Source of the DNA: Candidatus Saccharimonadales bacterium
Lineage (GTDB): Bacteria > Patescibacteriota > Saccharimonadia > Saccharimonadales > JBBQYC01
Assembly: GCA_038209015.1 (NCBI GenBank)
Contig: JBBQYC010000001.1
Span: 18,974-82,973 of the forward strand
Length of the DNA stretch: 64,000 bases
Reading direction: 5' to 3'
A model generated the notes under the pieces. That model made no database searches, was not told the DNA's origin, and was given only the letters and a program-made list of their open reading frames with translations. Numbering within the stretch: the stretch's first letter is position 1; the number at the start of each line of letters is the position of its first letter. Both the position numbers and the translations under genes were made by a program. Below are positions 1-8,511 of the stretch, piece by piece.

Positions 1-1376
1 ACATACCCTGTCCAAGCATGTTAGTGAAAATTATAAGGAACTGACATATCTGATAAGAAAATGCTATAAAAATGGTCGCTAAAAATAAACGAGGAAACGC
101 TTTCTTAACTGTGTAGGCGCTTACAAACTCAAAACCAAGAGCTGTGCTGATAACCATGATAAGCATGACTGGGATGAGAATAATATACGCAAGGTTACGC
201 AAGCGACCCCAAGTGCCTGCTATGCCATCATTTGCAATGTAAGCATCCGGGGTGTTAAGGAGGTCGGATATTTTATTGTCTAAGAATACAAATGTACTGT
301 CCGCAAAACGTAGAAATGGACAAAGCAACCACGATAGGTCACTTGTTTCGCACGACTGTTGCTCACCCTCCCCGACCGCATTACTACTACCAGTAATTGC
401 CGCAGCTGTTGCCTCGGCAGATTCCGAATCGGCGCCTGCGACTGTTACTTCGACCGTCTGGTTTGAGCCATCCTTTTTAATATCAAACGTCCCAGTGTTA
501 GTGCCAAGGGCATCTATTTGGGCCTGCGTAGCCTGTATATATAAGTCGCCGGTACAATCCTCGCTGCGGAACTGGTTTCGGCTTTCGCACCATACGAATG
601 TTCGTGTGTCTTGTTCGCTCGTAGAAACGTGCTGGATGGCACCGTCGTCAGTAACGTTATAGGTAATATTAAAATTACTAAGACTACCCTGCTGTAGATC
701 TTTGTAGACCTTAACGCCTTTTAGACCGGCGCTAATACTATCAAAACATTCCCAAATCGGTCCCTTGTCATCATTGTTTTTGTTATGGAAAACAAAGTTT
801 CCATTCTGCGACGTACAGGTTACCTGTTCAACCTCATCCTCTTCGATACCCATAACCAGCTCTATATTTGCCAAAAGTCCTTGTAGGTCGCTAGCGGACA
901 CGGCTTTATCATTTCCGCCGAATGCGTCCCCCACCTTACTTCCAAGATCACCACTGAATTCATCTAATACGGATTCATCATTATCATCTCCATTGCTGTC
1001 CCCGCGCGCGTAGTTGAAGGTGTTATCGCCGGTGTTGCGGTCATAATATTTTCCGCCTATAGCATCCTGAAATTTAATATCGTCGATTATATACTGCTGA
1101 TTTGCCCCTGTTGGACTGGCACAGTCACCCGCACCAATATAGGTAATTTCAAATACTGCTCGGTTGATAATTTTAATTCGGAAGATACCGTCAGTTTCGT
1201 GATTGTCATTGCTACCAAGATCATTGGTTTGAATCACGCACAAATCATCGAGGTTTTCATCAGCATATACTGTTCTGGATTGTTCAGGTAATGGGATGGC
1301 AGAAAAAAGACTCACAAAAAGCGTGAATGTAAGAAACCACAGGGAGATCCCTGCTTTATTTATTTTGAAACCCATA
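1..1376 (-). CDS. large secreted/integral membrane protein, N-terminal 458 codons only (start ATG at 1376..1374, continues past window start); signal peptide, ~400-aa ectodomain, then multi-TM region; possible T4SS channel (VirB6/TrbL-like) component
   Basis: Hand translation of minus strand from ATG 1376 down to position 1 gives 458 sense codons without a stop (MGFKINKAGISLWFLTFTLFVSLFSAIPLPEQ...). It is absent from the ORF track only because no stop lies in the window. Hydrophobic helices sit at the window-proximal end (NLAYIILIPVMLIMVISTALGF; LFLATIFIAFSYQICQFLIIF). Confidence 0.7.
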
Positions 1377-1463
1377 AAATTATTCTAACATTACTAGTGA
1401 AGAAACTGCTAACGCTGGTCAAACATACATTTAATACCTATAATATGATATACCTTTATATAT

Positions 1464-2150
1464 ATGACTAAAAAACAAACATTATTTCTCGGCTTGACTC
1501 AACTAGTCCTACTAGCAGCTACTTTTTTGGTATTTTCTGCACCAAAAGTAAGTGCACAAACACCACCACAATGCCAGGGTGCGGGTTCAGCGGATGCAAT
1601 GGAAGCATGTTCGCGAAATGCTATTGAAGACGAGTGTGGAGAAGCCCCAAGTGCTGGGACGCCTATTCGGCAAGCTGAGGCTTATGAAGAGTGTAGGCGC
1701 AGTACTACTTCAGGTGATAGCGATAATGATGGTATCTCCGACGAAATTGAGGAAATATGTGGAACGCCCACGAATGACTCCCAGTCCCAAGGCTTCGATG
1801 CATGTCGACAACAAGTTGAAGCAGGTACCCACCCATCACAACAACAATCAACAGGAGGATCGAACGAAACTGTTCAAAGTACTGGCAGTCTAGACGGCGA
1901 CTGCAAGGATATTAATGACTGCAAGATAATCGGATATCTGCGTGACTTCATCAATCTCTTATCCGTAGTTGTAGGTATAGTCGTTGCGATAATGATAGTG
2001 GTGGGCGGTATTCAGTACAGCGCTTCACGGGATAATCCACAGGCAACGGCAGCGGCGAAACAACGGGTCACAAACGCTGTCATAGCACTTGTTGTCTACG
2101 TGTTTATATTCGCTATACTTGAATACTTGGTCCCTGGAGGTGTGTTCTAA
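1464..2150 (+). CDS. VirB2/TrbC-like pilin-type protein A: signal peptide, 10-Cys acidic ectodomain, C-terminal helix-loop-helix module
   Basis: N-terminal signal peptide (MTKKQTLFLGLTQLVLLAATFLVFSAPKVSA). C-terminal LLSVVVGIVVAIMIVVGGIQY-loop-VTNAVIALVVYVFIFAIL, shared with the five downstream paralogs. Confidence 0.6.
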   Translation: MTKKQTLFLGLTQLVLLAATFLVFSAPKVSAQTPPQCQGAGSADAMEACSRNAIEDECGEAPSAGTPIRQAEAYEECRRSTTSGDSDNDGISDEIEEICGTPTNDSQSQGFDACRQQVEAGTHPSQQQSTGGSNETVQSTGSLDGDCKDINDCKIIGYLRDFINLLSVVVGIVVAIMIVVGGIQYSASRDNPQATAAAKQRVTNAVIALVVYVFIFAILEYLVPGGVF

Positions 2151-2536
2151 TGCTACAGACTCTTACTCGATTTGCAGCCACCTGTCAGGATCTCGGCGGC
2201 AGCTTACCAGATAGAATATATGGTATCCCAACATGGTATAAGTATTTGCCATCGGAAGATGTTGCGGGTAAATGCTCACCTGTCATAGATTTGAGTGGCG
2301 ATGGTCAAGCGTCGGTGATTGCAATATTGTTAGCCGTATTCGATATACTGATATTTTTTGCAGGTCTCATTGCTGTAGGGTACGTTATATTCGGGGCTAT
2401 TCAGTTTATGGTGAGCCAGGGTGAGCCAGATAAAATCAAGAACGCTCGAAACACTGTTATGAATGCGCTCGTCGGACTTGTGCTTGTTCTGGTCTCAACC
2501 GTCGTCGTTAATCTAATAGGAAACACTCTTACATGA
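2150..2536 (+). CDS. VirB2/TrbC-like two-TM paralog B (no signal peptide)
   Basis: Overlaps the upstream stop (TAATG). Two hydrophobic helices separated by SQGEPDKIKNARNTV, the same loop motif as the paralogs. Confidence 0.55.
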   Translation: MLQTLTRFAATCQDLGGSLPDRIYGIPTWYKYLPSEDVAGKCSPVIDLSGDGQASVIAILLAVFDILIFFAGLIAVGYVIFGAIQFMVSQGEPDKIKNARNTVMNALVGLVLVLVSTVVVNLIGNTLT

Positions 2537-2820
2537 AATTTTTAGCGCAGTTTACAAAAGACGATTTCCCATCCATTCCAGACGCACCCGACCCAACCAA
2601 AGGCTTACCTCTAGCTGACGCTATGCAACTCATCTTTGGAATAATTGGAGTGATTGCAGTCGTGATGATAATGGTCGGCGGCTTTAAGTACATTGCATCA
2701 CAGGGTAATCCGCAAGAAACAGCCAAAGCAAAAAATACTATTTTGTACGCGGTCATAGGTCTTGTGCTCGCAGCCAGCGCATTTACCATTGTTTCGTTCA
2801 TAGTGGAGACAGCCAAATGA
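2533..2820 (+). CDS. VirB2/TrbC-like two-TM paralog C (short, no signal peptide)
   Basis: ATGA overlap with B. Contains IGVIAVVMIMVGGFKYIASQGNPQETAKAKNTILYAVIGLVLAASAF. Confidence 0.55.
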   Translation: MKFLAQFTKDDFPSIPDAPDPTKGLPLADAMQLIFGIIGVIAVVMIMVGGFKYIASQGNPQETAKAKNTILYAVIGLVLAASAFTIVSFIVETAK

Positions 2821-3230
2821 TTCGGTTAGCGCTAATGGCGACATTTATGGCATTATTTTGCGTGTTTCAGTTTGCGACTGTACCTGCTGCGGCAGAAGTG
2901 CTTGATCCTGCATGCGACATTACCACCACTGACGAGAACGGTAAGCAGATAAAGTCCCCTTTGTGTCCCGATGAAAACGAAACCATAGATGATAATTCCC
3001 TGTTCGGCCCAGGCGGTATAGCCACGCGACTCGTTAACCTGTTCTCATACATTATTGCTATTGCTGGCGTGATAGTAATCATCATCGGTGGATTCAAATA
3101 TGTTATATCGTCGGGCGACCAACAAAACATAAATAATGCCAAAAACACCATTTTGTACGCAGTCATAGGACTGGCAATAGCCGCTGTTGCCCAATTATTT
3201 GTCAGATTTGTGTTGTATAATATTAAGTAA
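2817..3230 (+). CDS. VirB2/TrbC-like pilin-type protein D (signal peptide + small Cys ectodomain)
   Basis: ATGA overlap with C. Signal peptide MIRLALMATFMALFCVFQFATVPAAA. Contains IAIAGVIVIIIGGFKYVISSGDQQNINNAKNTILYAVIGLAIAAVAQL. Confidence 0.6.
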   Translation: MIRLALMATFMALFCVFQFATVPAAAEVLDPACDITTTDENGKQIKSPLCPDENETIDDNSLFGPGGIATRLVNLFSYIIAIAGVIVIIIGGFKYVISSGDQQNINNAKNTILYAVIGLAIAAVAQLFVRFVLYNIK

Positions 3231-3250
3231 GCAATTAAAAGGATATCTAT

Positions 3251-3673
3251 ATGCAAAAAATAAAACAGTTTTTATCAACATCATTGAACGCGAGCCTAAT
3301 AGCTATGCTGCTTGCTTTTGGAGTTATCGCAATGGCAAGCGTGCCAGTAAATGCGCAAGCCGATGAAATATGTAAAGGTGTCGGTTACGTTGACAATGAC
3401 CCTAATAAAACCGAATGTGACGCAAGTGCGGACGGTACGGTTCGGAAAGTCGTCAAACTAGTCATAAATGTGTTTAGCTGGATAGTTGGAATTATCTCTG
3501 TCATCATGATTATCATCGGTGGACTTAAGTACATTACTTCGACTGGTGAAAGCAGCAATATTAATAGTGCCAAGAACACGATACTCTATGCCATCATCGG
3601 TTTAGTAGTGGTTGCCTTAGCTCAGATTATTGTTCTATTCGTTCTTGGTAGCGTGGACAGTCAGACTTCATAG
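3251..3673 (+). CDS. VirB2/TrbC-like pilin-type protein E
   Basis: Signal peptide ending VNAQA. Contains IISVIMIIIGGLKYITSTGESSNINSAKNTILYAIIGLVVVALAQI. Preceded by RBS-like aaagga. Confidence 0.6.
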   Translation: MQKIKQFLSTSLNASLIAMLLAFGVIAMASVPVNAQADEICKGVGYVDNDPNKTECDASADGTVRKVVKLVINVFSWIVGIISVIMIIIGGLKYITSTGESSNINSAKNTILYAIIGLVVVALAQIIVLFVLGSVDSQTS

Positions 3674-3745
3674 CGGATAGCTAAGAGTTGTCATCAGAGT
3701 TCTATCTGTGATATAACACCTATAAATCAATAAGAAAGGTTTTCA

Positions 3746-4162
3746 ATGTTAAAACGAATTAAATCAACGCTCACCAGCTTGTTGCTCAGTTCTATGTTCT
3801 TCCTACCAATGGCCGTACCAGCGACTGTTGCCGCCCAGGATCTCGTAGACTGTGAAGGAATTCAGGGCTGTTTAACTGAAGGTGCAGATAAAACTGGCGA
3901 TGCCACAGCTGACGAGGCTGGCACGCAGGTAAACAATATTGTGCGTTTAGTCATTAACACCTTTTCATGGGTTGTTGGAATCATCTCTGTCATCATGATT
4001 ATCATCGGTGGACTTAAGTACATTACCTCCGGTGGTGAAGGTAGCAATATCTCCGCAGCCAAAAACACGATACTCTACGCCATCATCGGTTTAGTCATTG
4101 TGGCACTTGCTCAGATTGTAGTTCAGTTCGTACTAAAGAACGTTACTGATTCCTCTGTCTAA
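3746..4162 (+). CDS. VirB2/TrbC-like pilin-type protein F (recent duplicate of E in the C-terminal half)
   Basis: Signal peptide ending TVAAQ. C-terminal module nearly identical to E at both protein and nucleotide level. Confidence 0.6.
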   Translation: MLKRIKSTLTSLLLSSMFFLPMAVPATVAAQDLVDCEGIQGCLTEGADKTGDATADEAGTQVNNIVRLVINTFSWVVGIISVIMIIIGGLKYITSGGEGSNISAAKNTILYAIIGLVIVALAQIVVQFVLKNVTDSSV

Positions 4163-4184
4163 CACTAGCTAGAAGATTCAAAAA

Positions 4185-4214
4185 GACTCCCTTTCCAGGG
4201 AGCCTTTTGTTTTA
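4185..4214 (+). terminator. rho-independent terminator after the pilin-like array
   Basis: CTCCC-TTTCCA-GGGAG hairpin (4187..4202) followed by CCTTTTGTTTT. Confidence 0.6.
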
Positions 4215-4218
4215 TATT

Positions 4219-4247
4219 AAAAACTCCTCGGTAGCGAGGAGTTTTTA
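4219..4247 (-). terminator. bidirectional rho-independent terminator (serves the minus-strand hsp20 gene)
   Basis: AAAAA-CTCCTCG-GTAG-CGAGGAG-TTTTT perfect hairpin flanked by A and T runs. Confidence 0.65.
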
Positions 4248-4265
4248 ATTACTAAGACTAGGGCC

Positions 4266-4778
4266 TTAGAGGACTTGGATTTTCTTTACCGTGTCTTGTT
4301 TGACCTTAGTGAAAGAAATAGTCAGCACACCGTCTTTAAGAACAGCTTCAATCTCTTCTTCTTTAACGGGAACTGGTAAGGCAATACTGCGGCTAAATTC
4401 ACCCCAGTAACATTCCTGAACAAAGTAATTCTCTACATTCTCATCGTTACCAGCGCTCAATGTACCACGGATACTAAGCGTATTGTCGGCAATACTTACA
4501 TCTAGATCCGCCTTGTTAACACCGGCTACCCTGCCCTTTACGACAAGTCGTTCTTTGGTTTCGTATACGTCTACGGCGAGCTGTCCTGGGACTGCTTCAT
4601 CTTCAGTCCAGTCATCTTCAGTAATTGGCGCACTCTGTGGCATAGCTGGTTGTTGTTGCCCTTGGTCTGTCGGCACGTCGAATTCTTCCTCACCTAGAAA
4701 CGCTGCTGTCAGCTCATCTTCCATCAATAAATCGTCGTCACGGCCTTTACGTGCCATTGTTGTTACCCTCCGCGTCAA
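4266..4778 (-). CDS. small heat-shock protein, Hsp20/alpha-crystallin family
   Basis: C-terminal alpha-crystallin-like domain (AVDVYETKERLVVKGRVAGVNKADLDVSIADNTLSIRG...GVLTISF). The probable true start is the internal MARKGRDD (~4757). Confidence 0.75.
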   Translation of the reverse strand: MTRRVTTMARKGRDDDLLMEDELTAAFLGEEEFDVPTDQGQQQPAMPQSAPITEDDWTEDEAVPGQLAVDVYETKERLVVKGRVAGVNKADLDVSIADNTLSIRGTLSAGNDENVENYFVQECYWGEFSRSIALPVPVKEEEIEAVLKDGVLTISFTKVKQDTVKKIQVL

Positions 4779-4934
4779 AAGACGTTAAAAACTAAGTATT
4801 TTTGGCTTTTTGTTAAATCTAGTATATCCGTGTATATCCAGAGGTGCAACAGCTAGGTCGTTTTATTACAACACAATAATCACAACATGCACTCCACTCA
4901 TGGTTAAATGAGGCAACAATTATAATATATACCA

Positions 4935-5603
4935 ATGCAATTACTCGATAGGATCTTATCGATAGTGGCACCGCTAGAGTGTATGGGGTGCTCGAGTGAG
5001 GAAGGCGTACTCTGCACAATGTGCTTGAATACCCTGCCTCTTGTTCCTAGCCGGTGCTATCGCTGCCAGGCTGCCACCAATAACTTTGAAGTCTGTGGAA
5101 GCTGCCGTAAATACACCAAGCTCGGACATGTCTGGGTTGCAACTGTATATGAAGGGCTTATTAAAGAAGTAATCCATGCCTACAAATATGAGCGAGTACT
5201 ATCGGCGCATAAACAGCTGAGTATGATGCTAGTTGATGCGCTGCCACTAGTCAGTGATATGATTGTGGTGTCTGTGCCAACCGCAACATCAAGGGTAAGA
5301 CAGCGAGGCTACGATCACACTTTGCTGATAGCCAAGGATGTAGCTTTCCAAAAAAACTTGATTAGGAAGCGACCGATGGTTCGGTTTTCTCAATCACGTC
5401 AGGTTGGATCAAGCAGAAAGGCACGTTTTGAACAGTTATCGAACAGTTTTTTTGTCACCCGCCCCCAGGATATTATCGGCAAAAAAGTACTAATTATTGA
5501 CGATGTCATAACAACGGGCGCAACCGTCGAAACCATTGCCGCTCTGTTGAAATCTACAGGAGCGAAAGAAGTGAATGCATTGGTTTGTTCTCAAAAACTC
5601 TGA
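4935..5603 (+). CDS. comF: ComF family protein (competence protein F-like phosphoribosyltransferase)
   Basis: N-terminal Cys4 cluster (CxxC...CxxC) and a C-terminal PRTase motif (VLIIDDVITTGATV). Confidence 0.7.
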   Translation: MQLLDRILSIVAPLECMGCSSEEGVLCTMCLNTLPLVPSRCYRCQAATNNFEVCGSCRKYTKLGHVWVATVYEGLIKEVIHAYKYERVLSAHKQLSMMLVDALPLVSDMIVVSVPTATSRVRQRGYDHTLLIAKDVAFQKNLIRKRPMVRFSQSRQVGSSRKARFEQLSNSFFVTRPQDIIGKKVLIIDDVITTGATVETIAALLKSTGAKEVNALVCSQKL

Positions 5604-5777
5604 TTTGTACCAAAGATAAAAGCTGATATAATCACCCCTGTTACAATTTACAGCTGTTTCAGGATTGCAATTAGCGATACGCTGACTGTAGTTTTGATAA
5701 AAGTGATCGGTGTGGGTATGCCTTTTTGTCGATAATATGTTTACCGACAGATAGTATACCCACCTACGCTTTACCTT

Positions 5778-5870
5778 GGAGAGGTACCCAAGTGGCTGAA
5801 GGGGCGGCTTTGCTAAAGCTGTAGGGGGGCGCAAGTCCCCGCGAGGGTTCGAATCCCTCTCTCTCCGCCA
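5778..5870 (+). tRNA. tRNA-Ser (anticodon GCT), long variable arm, CCA encoded
   Basis: GGAGAGG acceptor stem. Anticodon stem-loop CGGCT-TTGCTAA-AGCTG. Long extra arm. T-arm GAGGGTTCGAATCCCTC. Confidence 0.85.
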
Positions 5871-6024
5871 GGAAAGGAGTGGTCATGGGTAGTATGGCCC
5901 TTCTTTCCTAGAGAATTTTGAACACAAGGTTCGATAATCGAATGATATTTATACTGAAGTCAAAATTGCCAATTTTCTAAGATAAAACAGTTTTGGCTTG
6001 AAGTATTAGCCCTCTCTGCCGATG

Positions 6025-6378
6025 CTAGTCCATATTTATTCTATGTATTTCTTTCGGTATTACTGATCTACGATTAGCCAAACACATTTTTATGAGAAAT
6101 TCTTCGTCTTTCGGCTTATAAATATATAACCAGTCATACTCGTTGATAGCTGACTTCTTGATAACATACCCTTTTGAATTTGAATGAATTTTCCGTAGGT
6201 CTACTTCTTTGCCTCCAAAATACTTAACCTGCACCCGCCATAAACCCAATGAGTCATCAACGATAAGATCATAGGCTGCAGATTCCGTAAGGGGTAGCGA
6301 AATATCGAAACCCATTTTAGTAAATGTAGCAATAGCTTGTGTTACGGCTATATCCCCTTTTCGTTGAGTCGGTCTCAT
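6025..6378 (-). CDS. small PD-(D/E)XK-like nuclease-fold hypothetical protein
   Basis: Motif AYDLIVDD...LWRVQVKY fits the D-x(n)-(E/Q)-x-K nuclease core. Sits between two tRNA-Ser genes. Confidence 0.4.
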   Translation of the reverse strand: MRPTQRKGDIAVTQAIATFTKMGFDISLPLTESAAYDLIVDDSLGLWRVQVKYFGGKEVDLRKIHSNSKGYVIKKSAINEYDWLYIYKPKDEEFLIKMCLANRRSVIPKEIHRINMD

Positions 6379-6444
6379 AGGTAAATAGTAACATTAAACG
6401 GTTTAGTATACCGTTGATTTTTTATGATATAATTTTACGCTATT

Positions 6445-6534
6445 GGAGAGATGACCGAGTGGTTGAAGGTACTTGTCTTGAAAACAAGCGTGCCCGCAAG
6501 GGTACCGTGGGTTCGAATCCCACTCTCTCCGCCA
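6445..6534 (+). tRNA. tRNA-Ser (anticodon TGA), CCA encoded
   Basis: GGAGAGA acceptor. Anticodon stem-loop CTTGT-CTTGAAA-ACAAG. Long variable arm. T-arm GTGGGTTCGAATCCCAC. Confidence 0.85.
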
Positions 6535-6543
6535 AGAAGAAAA

Positions 6544-6565
6544 ACTCACTCCAGTGAGTTTTTTA
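6544..6565 (+). terminator. rho-independent terminator after tRNA-Ser(TGA)
   Basis: ACTCACT-CC-AGTGAGT hairpin followed by TTTTTT. Confidence 0.6.
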
Positions 6566-6614
6566 ATTTCGTTACTTATGCATCGTAGGGGTTTTGTAGT
6601 CAACTTGGTACAAT

Positions 6615-6932
6615 ATGCTTATGTCCAGTAGTGAGCTCTCTGCAATGTTCTGTTATGTATATCTCCTTCGATCTGAGATGAGCAATAATTGGTATGTCGG
6701 TTTTACTAACGATTTACGCAAAAGATTAACAGAACACAACAATGGCTTGAATCGTTCAATAGCCCATGGTAAACCGTGGGTATTTGAATACTACGAGGCG
6801 CATCGGAATGAGACTGATGCACGAAGGCGAGAGAATTATCTTAAAACCAGCGCTGGTCATCAGACACTACGTAGAACGTTACGCGAACAACTAAGCCGCC
6901 GCGATTCAAGCCGGCAGAAAGTCTACTACTAG
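6615..6932 (+). CDS. GIY-YIG nuclease family protein (UPF0213-like)
   Basis: YVYLLRSEMSNNWYVGFTNDLRKRLTEHN matches the GIY-YIG core (Y..Y..G...NL..R...H). The probable start is the internal ATG (MFCYVYLL, ~6645). Confidence 0.7.
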   Translation: MLMSSSELSAMFCYVYLLRSEMSNNWYVGFTNDLRKRLTEHNNGLNRSIAHGKPWVFEYYEAHRNETDARRRENYLKTSAGHQTLRRTLREQLSRRDSSRQKVYY

Positions 6933-6934
6933 GT

Positions 6935-7555
6935 ATGCAACCAGGGGAAACAATCACACCGGGACAGACAACTGAACCATCTGGCGAAACCGAACAGAAG
7001 TTTCGCTACAGTGCAGAACCTGCTAACCCGCAACCATCCCCTACTCCAGTGCCTCCTACACAAAGCCCAGCACAACCAGAAGCGATATATGAACAAGCTA
7101 CTTTAGCCGAGTGGAGTGCTTCAGAATATATAGATCATCATAAATCCATAGAATGGTACGCGGTTCTAGTCTTAGCTTCGGTATTACTAGGCGGGTTGCT
7201 GTATCTTGTAACGCGTGACTGGATAAGCGTCGTCGTGGTTCTGCTAGCTGCTGGCATGTTCGGAATCAGTGGCGCCAAAAAGCCACGAACTCTCACATAT
7301 AGGATTACGGAGAGTGGCGTCCAGGTAGCGGGAAAACTGTATCCATATGAAGATATAAAAGTGTTCTCTGTGGTTAATGAGGGTGGTGTTAGCTCAATTC
7401 AACTCCTACCTCTCCGTAGATTTATGCCACCACTAAGTATTTACTATCCACCAGATATGGAAGAGCCTATATTTAATGCTTTAGCTAACTATCTCCCACA
7501 CGAAGAGAATAAACATGACCCCGTAGACCGTCTCATGAAGCGTTTGCGATTCTAG
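6935..7555 (+). CDS. hypothetical membrane protein, Pro-rich N-terminus, two TM helices
   Basis: ORF with PTPVPPTQSPAQP low-complexity and TM segments (WYAVLVLASVLLGGLLYLV; SVVVVLLAAGMFGI). Confidence 0.5.
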   Translation: MQPGETITPGQTTEPSGETEQKFRYSAEPANPQPSPTPVPPTQSPAQPEAIYEQATLAEWSASEYIDHHKSIEWYAVLVLASVLLGGLLYLVTRDWISVVVVLLAAGMFGISGAKKPRTLTYRITESGVQVAGKLYPYEDIKVFSVVNEGGVSSIQLLPLRRFMPPLSIYYPPDMEEPIFNALANYLPHEENKHDPVDRLMKRLRF

Positions 7556-7558
7556 TAG

Positions 7559-7996
7559 TTATTTCTTTTTTGGAAGTTTGAGCAATGTACGGAACGAGTT
7601 ACTTTTGAGTCTATTACCGTAATCATTCGCGCCCTTCGTTCCTGGTGCGACCAGTAAGTACACAGCGGCCAAGAAGTTAATAATAGGTACAACCGCAAAA
7701 ATAATGAGCCACCATGGCTGGTTTAGGTCGTGAAGCCTGCGCACAATTGTGCTGGTTTCTATAATTACCGCGATGAGCTGAAACATCCCTAACAGCAAAA
7801 GTCCAGCCCCGACTACCACCAGTTGATACAGGACTGAATCGGTACCATATTTTTCGAGGTATGTTCCTAGAACAATTGCCGGAGCCACTACGACTAACAC
7901 GATTGCCGCTAGGATGAGCGAAAAATATATCGACGTTAGAAGGAATTGTATGCGTGACAACCGCCCCTGGAAAAGAGATGTTATGTATTCAATCAT
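7559..7996 (-). CDS. DUF805-family inner membrane protein
   Basis: GRLSRIQF N-terminal motif and RRLHDLNQPWW motif typical of DUF805 (YhaH-like). Multiple TM helices. Confidence 0.65.
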   Translation of the reverse strand: MIEYITSLFQGRLSRIQFLLTSIYFSLILAAIVLVVVAPAIVLGTYLEKYGTDSVLYQLVVVGAGLLLLGMFQLIAVIIETSTIVRRLHDLNQPWWLIIFAVVPIINFLAAVYLLVAPGTKGANDYGNRLKSNSFRTLLKLPKKK

Positions 7997-8083
7997 TTAT
8001 TCAATAGTAGCACGACAAAATAAAAAGCCATCTTTCGACAGCTTTTGAATACATTTGGTACAGCATTATATACGAAGTTAGAA

Positions 8084-8320
8084 CTATTTTGGCTCTTGAA
8101 TGTCGCCTTCTAGAATGTATGTAGTTTCTACCTGGGCTTGTCGCATAAAAGGCTTTTCAGCTTGTGGCAGTACGGTCTCTAGTAGCTGTCTAGCAGCACT
8201 CAATTTTCTCGCAACTTCTATAACTTGGTCGGGTGGAGTATCAATAGGAACTCTAAGAGGGTCTCTACCGACTTCTTGAACCACATTTAGACCTTCTCTT
8301 GATTTCCTGAACATACTCAC
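8084..8320 (-). CDS. hypothetical protein (78 aa)
   Basis: ORF only. Located 45 nt downstream (minus sense) of repeat copy 1. Confidence 0.35.
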   Translation of the reverse strand: MSMFRKSREGLNVVQEVGRDPLRVPIDTPPDQVIEVARKLSAARQLLETVLPQAEKPFMRQAQVETTYILEGDIQEPK

Positions 8321-8367
8321 AGTTTAGCACTAAGCATCCAATCAAATGCGAACAAAACACCAAACAA

Positions 8368-8460
8368 GATTCAAACTCGTTTCAAGATGATAAAAAACAG
8401 CTAACAAAAAAGAGATTGAAACTGACTTCAATCTCTATCTGTAATTTCACTCTGGTACAC
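8368..8460. repeat. ~93-bp direct repeat copy 1; contains a minus-strand rho-independent terminator hairpin and an 8-10-nt fragment identical to the tRNA-Arg 3' end
   Basis: gattcaaactcgtttcaa...acaaaaaagagattgaa-actgac-ttcaatctctatctgtaatttcactctggtacac aligns to 9269..9360. The 3' 50 nt are nearly identical. GAGATTGAA/TTCAATCTC is a perfect 9-bp inverted repeat followed (minus sense) by TTTTTT. Confidence 0.8.
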
Positions 8461-8511
8461 GGTAATAAAGGAAGTTCAAACTGCTATAAACAGCTTGGTA
8501 GTTGCCTGAAA

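Noticed and set aside
252-1013. Plus-strand ORFs 252..662 and 765..1013 from the ORF track
   Set aside because: They lie inside, and antisense to, a 458-codon stop-free minus-strand reading frame with clear signal peptide and TM features. Their translations are low-complexity Ser/Pro-rich.
1552-4068. Alternative-frame and antisense ORFs inside the pilin-like genes (1552..1893, 2529..2816, 2867..3256, 3385..3579, 3862..4068)
   Set aside because: They are mirror or alternate frames of the hydrophobic C-terminal modules. The sense-strand genes have signal peptides, coupling overlaps and paralog conservation.
5490-5834. Minus-strand ORF overlapping tRNA-Ser(GCT); similarly 6403..6603 (-) over tRNA-Ser(TGA) and 9733..9978 (+) over tRNA-Ser(CGA)
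   Set aside because: Each overlaps a well-folded tRNA gene on the other strand or same region. No RBS and no homology.
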